A DNA stretch of 64,000 nt, taken from assembly GCA_964247055.1 (NCBI GenBank), contig OZ176050.1:11904001-11968000 (forward strand), read 5' to 3'. Both the position numbers and the translations under genes were made by a program. The notes beneath the pieces were generated by a model that worked only from the letters and a program-made list of their open reading frames with translations, was not told where the DNA came from and did not search any database. Origin of the DNA: Paragordius varius (lineage: Eukaryota > Animalia > Nematomorpha). Positions 35,609-62,351 of the stretch are shown here, one piece after another; within the stretch, counting starts at the first letter, position 1; every line of letters begins with the position of its first letter.

Positions 35609-35866
35609 ATACCATTTGCGTTCAAATTCACCCTTGAACAAAATTCACCCTAAAATAAATGAAGTTTTTTTTAAGATTAACAATTACTTATATTTTTTTA
35701 TATTTTTAAAAAGAATTTCGTATAAAACTAAAATAATATTCTAAAAAATAATAAAATATGCCATTAAGATATCTTTTATATTAATGATGAGTTATAATAG
35801 CCCGAAAACACACAATATATTTTTAGGGTGAATTGTTAAGGGTAAATTCGAATCCTAAATGGTATA
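35609..35866. mobile_element. TA-flanked CCATTT-TIR MITE (same family as 1321)
   Basis: ta-ccatttgcgttcaaattcaccctt ... agggtaaattcgaatcctaaatgg-ta. Confidence 0.8.
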
Positions 35867-37184
35867 GTAATATAAACCAAAATATTAACAATTGTAATTC
35901 AACACATAATTTGCCTTAGCGTTTTTTTCTTGAAAAACTGTAGCCAAACACTGATAAACACTTGTTTAAATACATTTTGTTCTTGGCATATTTTATTGGT
36001 TAAACAATTTTTTTCGATTTCTAATGGTTAACTCCATATAAATTTTGAATCTCTTGCAACATATAAACCTCAAACCTAATATACAATAATGATATAGAGG
36101 TAAAACATACTGGCAATATTTTAAATCTAACAAAGTTTTTGCAAACACCCATTTTCAGTGAATATAGGGATCGGTTTACAACCTCTTGTCTGGAAAAAGT
36201 AGATATTTTTAATTTATTTCTAAATTTGCTGAAGGTGAAAGAAGAATTTTATTGATTCTTTTGTATTTTGTCACTCCCCAATAACCTTGAAACTTGCTCT
36301 GAAAAAAAATCCTTGAGGCAATGTTTTGGTAAACGATAGGGTAACGAATTCGTTAAAGATCTTAAAGGGAAAGATCATTTCAGAGCGCTTTTCTTAGTCG
36401 CTGATTAAAAAAGTATTTGCATTGGAATAAATAATCGTGTTAAAGGCATTTCTGAGATTCTAGCCTTATTCTCATATTTATTTATAGAAAAGATTATGTT
36501 TAAGTTACTTTTTTTGGAGCTGATTAGTATCCTAATTAATGTATAAATTTTATATTTAACTGTGACACAACTTTTTCGGGATGTTAAATTATTAATATTT
36601 TCTGATTCCTTATGGTATTGGGATCAGATCTGTGTAAAAAATTAGTTATCGAGGTCGTTTTTGAGATATGGGACTTTTTCCAAATTCGGACATTTTCAAT
36701 ATTTTCTCGTTTGTTAATGTATTTCTTTAATTAAACAAATAATATGTGGTTTGTAAAGATATTTTTAAAAAAGCCCAATTTGTCTTCAAAATAAAAAATT
36801 AATGTAAAACCAATACATTTTGTTCCAGCGGGTAAAAATCCGTAAAAATTGAGAAGTTAACATTTTTTGACCCAAATATTTTTCATCATCATATTATATC
36901 AAAACAAATTTTTTATGCTTTTGAATGTTAATTTGTCTAAATATAAAAGTCATTGTGTAACAGCTTGGTTGACTTTTATTTTTAATAAATTTCATTCACC
37001 TTTTTTTACTGTTATTTTATTTAGCACTTCAATATAATTTGAAGCATCTTAATACCACAGACTAGATTAAATTTGATATTTTAAAAGAACTACTGAAAGA
37101 AACGGCCCCAATTTAAATTTATCCTTCTATAAATATTATAAAATATGTCGAAATCTATATATTCATAAAAATGTAAAATGCTGG

Positions 37185-39540
37185 CTTTGTGATCTGTTTC
37201 CGGAAAACCGGTAGACCCATTCAAATCCAAATGTCGAAAAAATATAATTATTAATGAATGCCCCGACAATAGCTTCGCCCTTTTTTGAATTAGGCCCCCA
37301 GTTCTGGCCCACCCCGTGTAAAAAACGGGTTTTTTGGAAAACAAAGTCTACAAAAATCGTGTCTCTGAGACAATTTTCCGGAAAACCTGTTGGACCATTT
37401 GATTTCAAATATATTTACTTATTTTTTAAACATAGTCGGCTCGCCTTTTTAGTTTAGGCCCTCTTTTTATCCGCTTCCCCCGAATAATACTCTTTTTTTA
37501 AAAAAAATCAGTCCACAAAAATAATTTTTTTAATATATTTTTCGCCCAAGGTATGAGACCGTAAAAATTTACTGAGGATATCATGTATTTCCTGTTAGAA
37601 GGTAAATAGTCAATTGGCGCTGGGTAAGAAGATACCCGCTAAAAACTGCCCCGTCATATCAAAATAGCGTGCCTTTGGGGCTAAATTTCAGAAAACTTAT
37701 CAGGCCATATAAGTTCAATAGGTACTTAAAATATTACCCATAACAAGGCAAATAAATAAGTCGTGCGGTTTTTGAAATTAGCCGTTAATTAGGCCCCACG
37801 CCCTGATGCACCACCATAGAAGGATTTTCTAGTTTTGAGGCAATTTTCCAAAAACAATTAATAACATAAGGAAAATGATGATTCCATGTTTTCCCCTATA
37901 AAAGCAACAATTTTTATCAAACCTGCCTACAACTACACCACCATATCGATACAGGGTGACTTTGGAGATTTGAGAAAACTTATCAGGCCATATGAGTTCA
38001 ATTAGGGCTTGAAATACTACCCGTGAAAAGGCAAATATTGCCCCTTGATTAGGCCCTTGCCCTGAAAATGAGCCACCATAGAATGACTTTTTGGTTTCAA
38101 GGCAATTTTTCGAAAAGATAGCATATGGAACTAATCATGATTCCAGGTATTACCCGAATTGAGGCAAAAATTTTAATCATTTGTTTGGCCATGGTTGGGG
38201 GTTACCCGCTAAAATCTGCGTCACCATATCGATACAACATGCCTGCCTTTGGAGACAAATTTCAGAAAGCCTATGAGTCTAATAAGAAGATATGGAATCC
38301 ATGATAATTTTAGATATTCCCCATGTAAAGGCAAAAGTTTTGTCCAACGCTTTTTTCTACCTGGCCTTGGGTTAGGAGCTACCGCCAAAAACTGCGCCAC
38401 TGTATAGATTGCATTGTTTTGAAGCTAACTTATAGAAAATTTATGAAGTTATATGAGCTCGTTAGAAGCTTAAAATATTACCCTTAACACTTCGATTCAA
38501 ATTGGGGTATCTAAATACCCCAGACTAAATTTGAATTAGGATTTTTATAAAATTACTGAAGGAAACGGTCCCAATTTGAATTTATGCTTCTATCCTAAAA
38601 AAAATTATATAAATATGCCAAAAAATCTAAATAAAATTTTGTTTTGAAAAAAAGTTCCATGTCAAACTACTTCGACGCCATTTTTATTTTACAAAATTTT
38701 TGCAAAATATCGTCCTCATTTTATATTAAGGGTAAAATTAAAACTAATTTTTTATTTAAATTACATCTAACATTGATAGAAATAGAAATGGCGGTTTATT
38801 TGTATTATTTTTTAATTTTACCATTGCACACATGTCAGGTTGACTAAATTTTTAACTTTTGGTTTTAGCTTAAAATAACTAATATCAAGTATTTTTGAAT
38901 AAAGTTTTTATATATTTCGGTTTATTAATGTCATATAAGTGAAAATTTTGCCATGGTTTCGATTCCATATTTTTTAATCAATTTAATTTTAAACAGGCCT
39001 GGGGTATTTAACTACCCCAATTTGAATCGAATGACTAAAATAAATGTGTTTATCCAAGTGTAAATGGGTAAAAATTATGTTTTTTATTAACCGTTCATTT
39101 GGGGCCTTTATGGCCTAAAAATTCACCAACATATAACGATTAATTAGTATTGGTATTTTTTCGAATAACCCATGAGACGATGGTATCAAAGAGGATAAAA
39201 AATATTTGCCCTATAAAGACAAAGAATTTAGCTCAGAGTTTCCATATAGGTCCATGGGCAGGGGTACCAGTTTAAAACTGAGATGCCATATAAAAATGGC
39301 GCGGTTTTGGAGTAAATTTTCAAAAATCTTAAGAGCCATACGAATTCAGTTAAACAAAATTCTGGGTTTATATAATATCATTGTTTTCTTTAAAAAGGGA
39401 CCACAAATGATTTACTTTTTTTTATCCCTTGATCCCGGCTGTGTGAACAGAATTTCAAAATAATTAACCATGATTTCTAAAACGAAAAATTTAAAATAAA
39501 TCCAATGATAGATAAATATTAACTTTAAAAAGGGTCAGTT
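37185..39540 (+). mobile_element. Second copy of the 1.8-kb subrepeat-containing element, interrupted by a piggyBac-type MITE
   Basis: Colinear with 7005-8795 on both sides of the insertion at 38484-39064. Confidence 0.8.
38484..39064. mobile_element. piggyBac-type TTAA MITE (copy B), nested insertion
   Basis: TTAA-CACTTCGATTCAAATTGGGG...CCAAGTG-TAAA. Absent at the equivalent position (~8330) of the other host copy. Confidence 0.85.
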
Positions 39541-40070
39541 CACTTCGATTCAAATTTGGGTATCTAAATACCCCAGACTGAATTTAAATTAATATTTTTA
39601 CAAAGCTACTAAAAGAAGCGGTCCCAATTTAAATTTATGCTTCTATCCTATCAAAATTATTTTCTAAAAAAAATTTTGTTTTGAAAAAAAGTTCCATGTA
39701 AACTACGTCAACGCCATTTTTATTTTACAAAATTTTTGCAAATACTCGCCTTCATTTAATTTTAAGGGTAAAATTAAATCTACTTTCTTATTTAAATTAC
39801 ACCTAACATTGATAGAAATAGAAAAAGCGGTTTATTTTATTTTTCCATTTTACCATTCACATGACACATTGACCAAATTTTACCTTTCGGTTTTAGCAAA
39901 TAAGGAATATCAAGTATTTTTGAATATTTTTTTTAAATATTCCGGTTTATTAATGTTAAATAAGTGCAAAATTTTGCCATGGTTTGGATTCCCGTTATAT
40001 TCTTTCAAGAATTTAATTTTAAACAGGCCTGGGGTATTTAACTACCCCAATTTGAATCGAAGGGCTTAAA
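39541..40070. mobile_element. piggyBac-type TTAA MITE (copy C)
   Basis: Starts CACTTCGATTCAAAT at the point where the other host copy reads cagtTTAA. The right end is degenerate. Confidence 0.75.
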
Positions 40071-40799
40071 TGAATCTAAATGTTAAAAAGCTAAAATTTA
40101 CTCTGCTGGAAATACTAGACTCTTAATCTCATCTGATATTGAAAACTTCCCTCATCCTGTACATTATTATAATCTCAAAAGTAAATTTATTAATACATTT
40201 AGGATGTTTGACGGATAAAAATATTATTTACCATATATGTAGACAATAACAAAGAACTAATAGGGTAAACATTACCATTTACATAAAAAGCTATATTTCT
40301 ATACTTTAAACTTATCATGGGCCCCCAACACTGTATGTCGGTCATGAAGCTTTAGTTTAGGAGCAAGGTACCACAAAACCGGACCTATCCCTATAATATC
40401 GCGTGAGTCAAAATGACATTCTGATTGTTACTTTTCTAAAATTCCAAAACCTCAAATTTACATTACCAAAAAAAAACAAGAAACCTATCTAATATCCCAG
40501 CTTTTCTTGCGCAAGTTATCCGGTTCTAACTCCCTTGACATTCCCGTTCCTTATTCTCCAACCATTCATTCCAATTTATTTGATATGGATGATAATAAGA
40601 ATTTTACCATCAAGAGATTAATATAAATAAATTAAGCAACAATGAAGTGATTTGAATAATCGAAAAATTGCATCTTTCCAAACGGTATTTTTAGAAAAAT
40701 TGATAGTATTACGCATTTTTAGATTTGTTTGTTAATTTAAATTAAGCTTAAATGCGTTTGATATAAAAAATTGTAATGTATTTAATTCTAATTTTAAGG

Positions 40800-41460
40800 G
40801 AAAGGCTGGCAATGCAACCCATGCTCTTTCTTTGGGTAGCATTTTAGATTCAAACGCCAAATCATTAAAAAGACTCATCACCTAAAATTAAATATACGTA
40901 TAATACCTGCGGCCCTATCAAAACTGGAGCGTTAATTTTTGCGGGCGTCATCATAAATTTTCCGAAATAATGGGCCCAAGCTTTATCGAGACTGCACAAA
41001 AATGTTTTGGCCAATCCAAGCAGTGTGTGCAATGGCGGCAAAACAAATTTGTTAGCTGATATTAATGGAGAATTAGTCTGATTCTTGGGCCCAACTTCAT
41101 AAGTTCGGACGGGCCAATTTTTTTTGTGTAATGGTTATCGGTGTCCCGCGAGTCCCACTCACACAAAGGACAAAAGAATTTAGGAAATCCTTTCTGTATT
41201 CCGTAAAGCAGTCCCATGACCTATAAAAATATTAGAATTTTAGAAACTTTATAATCCCCTGTTACATGCCAATAATGATAGTTGTATCGCAGTAATTCCA
41301 AAATATTTTCAAAAATATCATAGGTTTCCCTATAAACTCGGCTGAATGCGATTAATATTGGCCTGTGCTCTCCGGCACGCTCCAATAAAAATCCTTTCAA
41401 ACTTTCCTAAAGATGTCAAATATTGTATACCTGAGAAGCGTCTAGAAATTTACCCATTGT
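40800..41460 (-). pseudogene. DNA transposase fragment (CMC/Chapaev3-like by remembered motifs) with three micro-introns
   Basis: Spliced: FLDASQ|ESLKGFLLERAGEHRPILIAFSRVYRETYDIFENILELLRYNYHYWHVTGDYK|VMGLLYGIQKGFPKFFCPLCEWDSRD...LPPLHTLLGLAKTF...VLIGPQ|VMSLFND. One frameshift near 41120. Introns at 41407-41430, 41221-41247 and 40882-40906. Confidence 0.8.
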
Positions 41461-41559
41461 CATGAATCACATAAGTAATTCATTTCCTTCATGAGACCAA
41501 TTAGATTGAGCAACAAAGTCACAAAACTGTTTTCGGAGAAATATTTGCAATAATTTATT

Positions 41560-42420
41560 CCGAAAATTGGTTATGTTAAGATCTGTTAAATTGTTACGAC
41601 TAATGGTCCGCACAGGCCTATTATAATAGCTTATAGCCGTGTTTATAAGGAAGCCTATGATGTTTTCGAAAATGTTTTTGAACTCCTTCAATACAACTAT
41701 CATTATTGGCATGTTACAGGGGATTATAAAGTTTTAAAATTCTAATATTTTATATAGGTCATGGGATTGGTTTTTGGAATACAAAAAGGGTTTCCAAAAT
41801 ATTTTTGCCCCCCGTGTGAGTGGGACTCGTGTGACACCGAGAAAAACTACACACAAAAAAATTGGCCCGTAAGAACTTATGAAGTTGGGCCCAAGAATCA
41901 GACATATTCTCCATTAATATTGGCTAACAAATTTTTTTTGCCGCCATTGCACACGCTGCTTGGATTGGCCAAAACATTTTTGTGTAGTCTTGATAAAAAT
42001 GGCGAAGCTTGGGTTCATTATTTCGGAAAATTTAGGATAACGCCGCAGTTTTGATAGGGCCGCAGGTATTATACATATATTTAATTTTAGGTGACGAGTC
42101 TTTTTTAACGATTTAGCGTTTAAAACTAAAATGCAACCCAAAGCAAGTGCGGCATGGGTTGCATTGCGAACCTTTTACCGAATTTTTGGGGAAATGCAAA
42201 AAATAACAATTACACGAGGCAATTGTTTAATTGACTCTTTTTATAGAATGAATATGCATGTTATAATACATATGTTATTAAAACTTTATAATATCTTTGT
42301 TTATCCAAATTTATAGATGCCGCATGAGTTTTAAACGTTATATGGTGGATTCCCATATGTGTCGGTTTCCCAAAGACGTTATTACAGATTAAAGAGGCGT
42401 AAAGAATACCAATTATTAAA
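41560..42420 (+). pseudogene. Second, divergently oriented copy of the same transposase with micro-introns
   Basis: IAYSRVYKEAYDVFENVFELLQYNYHYWHVTGDYK|VMGLVFGIQKGFPKYFCPPCEWDS...LPPLHTLLGLAKTF..., frameshift, LIGPQ|VT. Introns at 41731-41757 and 42066-42090. Confidence 0.8.
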
Positions 42421-42779
42421 ACCCTTTGAAAAAATTACCGAATTAATAATAAAATTTGTGATTATATATATATCTTTTCTTTATGTATTACACTTAATTT
42501 ACTTCCATTCCAAAATCAAGATAAATTATCCGTATCTTCAGCCTCAACAAAATCTACACATTAATTAATATTTACTCTAATTTACTGAAGAATTATCAAA
42601 TTTGGATTTGTTAATTAACCGTATAATTTCATAAATTGATTATTATTTTTGATATATAAAAAACTTCGAAAGGCTTGGTCAAATAAAATAATAAAGGATC
42701 GAAATATTTATGAATGGTATTATCATTGTATAAAACTGGTTTAAACATTTTTTATAAGAGATATGTCATATTCTCCATA

Positions 42780-43010
42780 TTCATATATTCTACGCAGTCG
42801 TATGCGAACATAGTGCCAAGTGATTTTTCCAAGCTAATCTATTTTAGATCCAAATTGTTGCGATTGGGTGGTCATGGTAACATGTTGAACGTCGACTACG
42901 AACTCCTTTACCGTCTACCATTGCCACTAATATCGATAAACCGAAAGGCCCACTGCTTAAAATATGGCCTAGGAAACCCATTTGTTTTTGTATTATGTTG
43001 TGGAGTGTAA
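42780..43010 (+). mobile_element. Possible Merlin (IS1016-like) transposase remnant
   Basis: RLGGHGNMLNVD...KYGLG...FVF loosely resembles the Merlin IGGxGxxVEIDES...KYNRG...WVFG motif. Weak and recalled from memory. Confidence 0.3.
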
Positions 43011-43535
43011 TAGCTGGTTTTATTTTCCTTTATCAGTTCAGTATTAAAGACTTAATCAGTCCATTTGATGTTTAGAATATTACGATAGCATATATAATTT
43101 TTCTTGATGGTTTATGGCGTTTAAATAAATCTTTTGGCTGCAAATCAATATAATGTTGATTTTATAAGTATTTATGAAACAAAAAAATATAAAAGCGTTT
43201 TATTTGTATCTTCACCGAGTTCGAATATCAGTGCTTCCTACCACAACGGTCCACATGAGACCCTCTTACCAAAAATTTGGGTCAAAAAATGTTAATCTAC
43301 TTTATTTTTGAGTTTTGCCCACTTCGGAAATGTAAAATTGCATATTTTAATAAAGGCATGGGGCCTAGATGAAGCGATTAAAATTTTAATTGCTAAATTC
43401 TGACACCAAAAAAAAGTTATTCTTGAAAAAATGGATATTTTGGTTAATATTTAGTTTATTTGAAGAATGGCGTGAACGTAAAACAAAAACATTTTCTCCA
43501 GAATTCAATGATGCTGAACATTCACCTCAAAATTT

Positions 43536-45523
43536 TTAACACTTCGATCTAATTGGAGTATTAAAATACTCCAGACTATATTTAAGAGGAAATTTTAAAA
43601 AACTACTGAAAGAAACGGGCCCAATTTAAATTAATGCTTCTACCCTGCTAAAAATTATATAAATAAGCCAATATATCTAAATGAAATTTAGTTTTGAAAA
43701 AAAGTTCCATATCAAACTACTTCGACTCCATTTTTATTTTATAACATTTTGATTTTAACACTTGGATACAACACACTCATTTTAATCCTTCGATTCAAAT
43801 TGGGGTATTTGGATACCCCAGGCCTGTTTGAAATCAAATACTTTAAAAAGTATTGAAGGATTCGAAACCATGGCAAAATTTTGCACTTATATAACATTGA
43901 TAAACCGAAATTTATAAAAAAATTTATTCAAAAATACTTGATATTACTTATTTTAAGCTAAAACCGAAAGGTAAAAATTTCGTCAACGTGACATGTTTAG
44001 AATGGTAAAAATAAAAAATAATACAAAATAAACCGCTTTTTCTATTTCTATCAATGTTAGATGCAATATATATTAAAAATTAGCTTTAATTTACCCTGAA
44101 AATTATATGAAGACGATATTTTGCAAAAATTTTGCAAAATAAAAATGGCATCGAAGTAGTTTGACATGGAATTTTTTTTTCAAAACAAAATTTTATCAAG
44201 ATATTTTGCCATTTTTATATAATTTTTATCAGGATAGAAGCATAAATTTAAATTGAGACCGTTTCCTTCAGTAGTTTTTTAAAAATATTAATTTAAATTT
44301 AGTCTGGGGTATTTAGATACCCCAATTTGAATCGAAGTGTTAAAGCTAAATGAAAGTTATTTTTTTATTTAACACTTGAATACAATACACTATTTTAGTC
44401 CTTCGACTCAAATTGGGGTAGTTGGATACCCCAGGCCTGTTTAAAATTAAATTCTTTAAAAAATATAGAAGGAATCGAAACCATGGCAAAATTTTGCACT
44501 TATCTAACATTAATAAACCGAAATATATAAAAAATTTTATTCAAAAATACTTGATATTACTTATTTTAAGAAAACCGAAAGGTAAAAATTTCGTCAACGT
44601 GGCATGTGTCAAATTGAAAAATTATACAAACTAAACCGCTTTTTCTATTTTTATCAATGTTAGATGTAATTTATATAAAAAATTAGCTTTAGTTTTACCC
44701 TTAAAATTCAATAAAAACGATATTATGCAAAAATTTTGTAAAATAAAAATGGCGTCGAAGTAATTTAAGATGGAGCTTTTTTTTCAAAACAAAATTTTAT
44801 CAAGATGTTTTGGCATATTTATATAATATTTATCAGGATAGAAGCATAAATTTAAATTGGGACCGTTTCCTTCAGTAGTTTTTTAAAAATATTATTTTAA
44901 ATTTAGTCTGTATTTAGGTACCCCAATTTGAATCGAAGTGTTAAAACTTGGATACAACACACTCATTTTAGTCCTTCGATTCAAATTGGGGTAGTTGGAT
45001 ACCCCAGGCCTGTTTAAAATAAAATACTTTAAAAAGTATGGAAACAATCGAAACCATGGCAAAATTTTGCACTTATATAACATTAATAAACCGAAATATA
45101 TAAAAAAATTTATTCAAAAATACTTGATATTACTTATTTTAAGCTAAAACCGAAAGGTAAAAATTTAGTCAACGTGGCATGTGTGCAATGGTAAAATTTA
45201 AAAATAATACAAAATACACCGCTCTTTATATTTCTATCAATGTTAGATGTAATTTAAATAAAAAATTAGCTTTCATTTTACCTTTAAATTAAAATAAAGA
45301 CGATATTTTACAAAGTAAAATAAAAATGGCGTCCAAGTAGTTTGACATGAAACTTTTTTTTACAAAACAAAATTTTATTGTGATATTTTGGCATATTTAT
45401 ATAATTTATTAGGATAGAAGCATAAATTTATATTGGAACCATTTTATTCCGTAGTTTTCTAAAAATCCTAACTCAAATTTAGTCTGGAGTATTTAGATAC
45501 CCCATGTTGAATCGAAGTGTTAA
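43536..45523. mobile_element. Cluster of piggyBac-type TTAA MITEs: a truncated copy plus three full direct copies
   Basis: Copies at 43755-44343, 44369-44944 and 44941-45523; the last two share one TTAA. An opposite-orientation fragment lies at 43536-43750. Confidence 0.9.
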
Positions 45524-45726
45524 TAAATGTGTTAATAAAAAGTAAACTAAATTTTAGGTTTATACTAAAATAAACACGATATTTTGCAAGAATATTGTAA
45601 AATAAAATAGGCGTCGAAGTAGACATGGAATTTTTTTTCATACCAAAAAATTAAAAAAACCGTTTCTTTTAGTAATATTAAAAAATATCAATTAAATATA
45701 GCTGGATGTAAATACCCTAATTTTAA

Positions 45727-58976
<13,250 letters not shown>

Positions 58977-60639
58977 TACTTTTTTGGGGGAATCAATTCT
59001 TAGTTTTTAATAATTTTTTTAGTAATATTATAAGATTCATATTGTGTATGTTGATTTGCAATTCGATTAATCCATAATTTTTTAAACATTTAATTTATTG
59101 TATCACCGTTTTAATAAATTTTACTACTTTTTATTTGATTGCAATCGTTTATTGGAAACACGGGTTTTAAACCTTAAATTAATAAAAACGGTACCTAAAT
59201 AAAACACATACAAAAATGATTTTTGATAATAAAAATAATTTTTTATGGTTAAAGCATTAAAAACCCAGTGTCGCGCTTTCGTCGGGGGCGGATGCGTTAC
59301 GATTTAAAACCCAAATTTTATGAACCTTAATATTGTCAAATAATGTAATAATTTAAAGTTAATTAAAGATTGGAGAAAACCGCTTTGACCCATAATTCAA
59401 ATTACGGCATAGGTGAAATTTTAAAGGGCCTCAAAAAATATTTTGATGGGAACCACTAAAGAAAAATTGCGCAATTATCCTAAAAAAGCGTTTTTATGCT
59501 TAAAATTAATATATATAGAGATGCATACCTATAAACCGTATTGCAATAAAAATTAAAATTATACAGACAAATATCTTTTTAGCCTTAATATTTTCCTATA
59601 TAAATTATTAATTATAATGTTAATGTATAATTAAATTGATATTTAAAACAATGAGTTATATTGAAAAAATAAAAGTAGCCGTGTATTTTGAAAATAAATA
59701 TTTGTCTGTTGTCACGTTTTGTTTGTATAATTTAAATTTTTACTGTAATTTCTCTATATATAATTTAGACTTCAGTAGTATTTTTTAAAAATTAACTTAT
59801 TTTACGATTCTGATCGACTTATTCGACTCATTTAAAATTGACGCGTGACAGGTATAGCGATTTTTATTATACCTTTGCACTTCAAGAGTGTCCTTGAATA
59901 CTTATAAGTTGGTCTTTGAACATTCTAAGCTCGTCCTTAAAGTTTTGTTTAATTTAACCATAAATGCATGTATTTATTTGTCTTTTACTTCTAACCTAAT
60001 TTTCATTTATTAAATATTGGTTCATTTAAAATTAAAATATTTCATTGAAAACCCATTTTTGTTTCGAACTAACTTTTTCAAATTCAACAATATGATAAAT
60101 TTATAAATGTTTTTAACGAAAAATTGTAATTAAACCCAAAAACTTATATTTTTTTAATTACATGTTAATATCTTATTAAAATTAATATATTTTTAAAAAT
60201 CTAAATTTCGCACCGTATCTATTACCAGCCATTGCTTATTAACCATTGTTCCAACATTCCAAGAGCCAATTTTAAATGGTTCCGATATATTTTTATTTAG
60301 ATTCTTGTATCTTATTTTTATTTTTGGTTGTTCATTTGTATCTGGTTTATTTATTATTGTTTTTGAATTATTTTTATTTCTATTACACTAGACAACAAAT
60401 TTTAACTTTTTTTAACTGCCATTCTTGTAAATTTAAAATTTATTTCATTAAAGTACATAATTATTATATCTAAAAAGAAAATTGGTCTAGCATGGAAGTA
60501 TTTTATTATATTAGAGTTTATGATAATTTTTGGCCCCGATTTAACATTAAACTCGAAATTTCGAAAATTAAAAGTTTTAGATATGAATCCATGTATTTTA
60601 TATCATTCGAAAGAGCGCAAAAAACTGCATCTTTTAAAT

Positions 60640-62351
60640 CAGTGGTACTCACCAAAAAAATTTTACGGGCCAAATAAAATATAATTTTTTTTCGAGGGCC
60701 ATGAACTTTATAATGGCAAATATTCCATAGCTATTTGACACATTTGCACATATTTATACTAAATCAGCTCAATAATTTTTTTGCGGATCTCATGTACCAG
60801 CTAAAATCTCGGAACCATTTAGTTAAAAAATTAAAATATTTTTATAACAACATTTATTTTGATATTAACCAATGATTTTTGACAGATTTGGTTTCGCCTC
60901 ATGACAGGCCAATCTTAATACCTCGTCCATATGATCATCGGGCGATTTCTGTATGTATTGTTGGCATACTACATTTTTGAATATGCCGTCTCACACGTGT
61001 AAGTTGAGGGAAAAACAGTTAGGATAACTAGAGCACATTTTTTTATATTTTCATATTTATTTGGCATCTTGCCAAAACTCAACATATCTTTCTTTTCTAC
61101 GATTCTCCTGAATATAGCCTCCAAATTAGAATAATTTTTTAAAATCTACGAATTCTTTAATGATATGCGCCTGATCAAAACCGAAATGCTCCATTTCTTA
61201 ATATTGGATATCCATATGCCATGGATTTTCAACGAGTTTTAACCAATTTTAATATTTCTTAATTCTTGAAATCTGAATTTCTTTTCATTAAAATGTTAGA
61301 TGATTGTCTATTATTAAATTAATCTTCGCGGTAAATTCCATATTTTCTTTATGAATCGATTTAAGTGTTTGAAAATATAGGAGTGTTTTATTTATAAAAT
61401 CTTGTTTATATATTTAATTTTTCTTCAAAAGCAAATATTTGATCACCAAATTGGGTTATTTTGCTTCCTTGAAGACTTGTATTAAAAATAATAATTTTAT
61501 AAATAATGTCGCAAAGGTACGCTAATAAAACTCTCAATTTGTCACTATTTTTCCTCGTCAAACTTTCTGTTATCATTTATAAATAATAGAATTTCATGTC
61601 TTAAAACAAAAAGTCTATTTATATTTTGCTAAGACTAGCCATCTCACAACGGTGTACAAATGAAATCATCAACTGTGGATATCTTTGAGGGTTTTTGAAT
61701 ACGGTGGTTGAATACTATGTCACGGATGTGGTTAGCTATATCTTTTCGTTTCTTTTGTCATGATTTTCTGGTATTTTATGAAAATGATGGATTGTAAATT
61801 GTCTGTTTTTTAAAACGACAAGGTTTCTTTCCATTCTTTTTTAAGGTGTGATTTTCATCGGATAATTTACGTTTTTAGCATTAGATGTTATGTGTTTTTT
61901 TTTAAAAAATTAGGAATGTAATTTTAATTATGCCTAAAAAAACAGGTCGACATTTAATGAAGTTGACTTGAAAAATATTATATGGGAATGAGTTATGAAA
62001 AATTGCAGTATAGCATTGAAAAGAATATGTATAGGCAAGTTTGGGTTAAAGGCTGCTTAAATACAAAAAAGGAATTCAAAATTCAATAGAAAAGAAAATA
62101 CAGCAGAAACAACGTGTCCCAAAATTTTATAATATTTTAATTTAGGAAATTTTTCTACATTTCAAATTGGTTAAAAAAATATACCAAAATAAAATCTAAA
62201 GCAAATAAATTAAAATTCAAATAGGCGAAAATTCGTTTATGTCTATTTTAAAAATTCATCGATAAAAAATAACATTAATTTGGTCATAGGGCAATTTTAA
62301 AGCACTCTTGGGGCCGCATGCGGCCCGCGGGCCGCGGTTTGAGTATCACTG
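60640..62351 (-). mobile_element. 1.7-kb hAT (Charlie/SPIN-like) element with decayed transposase
   Basis: TIRs CAGTGGTACTCACC / GTTTGAGTATCACTG and a perfect 8-bp TSD TTTTAAAT (60632-60639, 62352-62359). Minus-strand remnants TVVRWL and FPSTYTCETAYS...DEVLRLA. Confidence 0.88.

Noticed and set aside
36000-36500. Minus-strand frame LPYRLPK...SEQVSRLL reminiscent of a Penelope/non-LTR RT C-terminus
   Set aside because: No RT or GIY-YIG core recovered; probably a relic but not assignable.
40320-40580. GC-richer patch with GWRIRNGNVKGV, like a LINE endonuclease start
   Set aside because: Too degenerate to support a family call.
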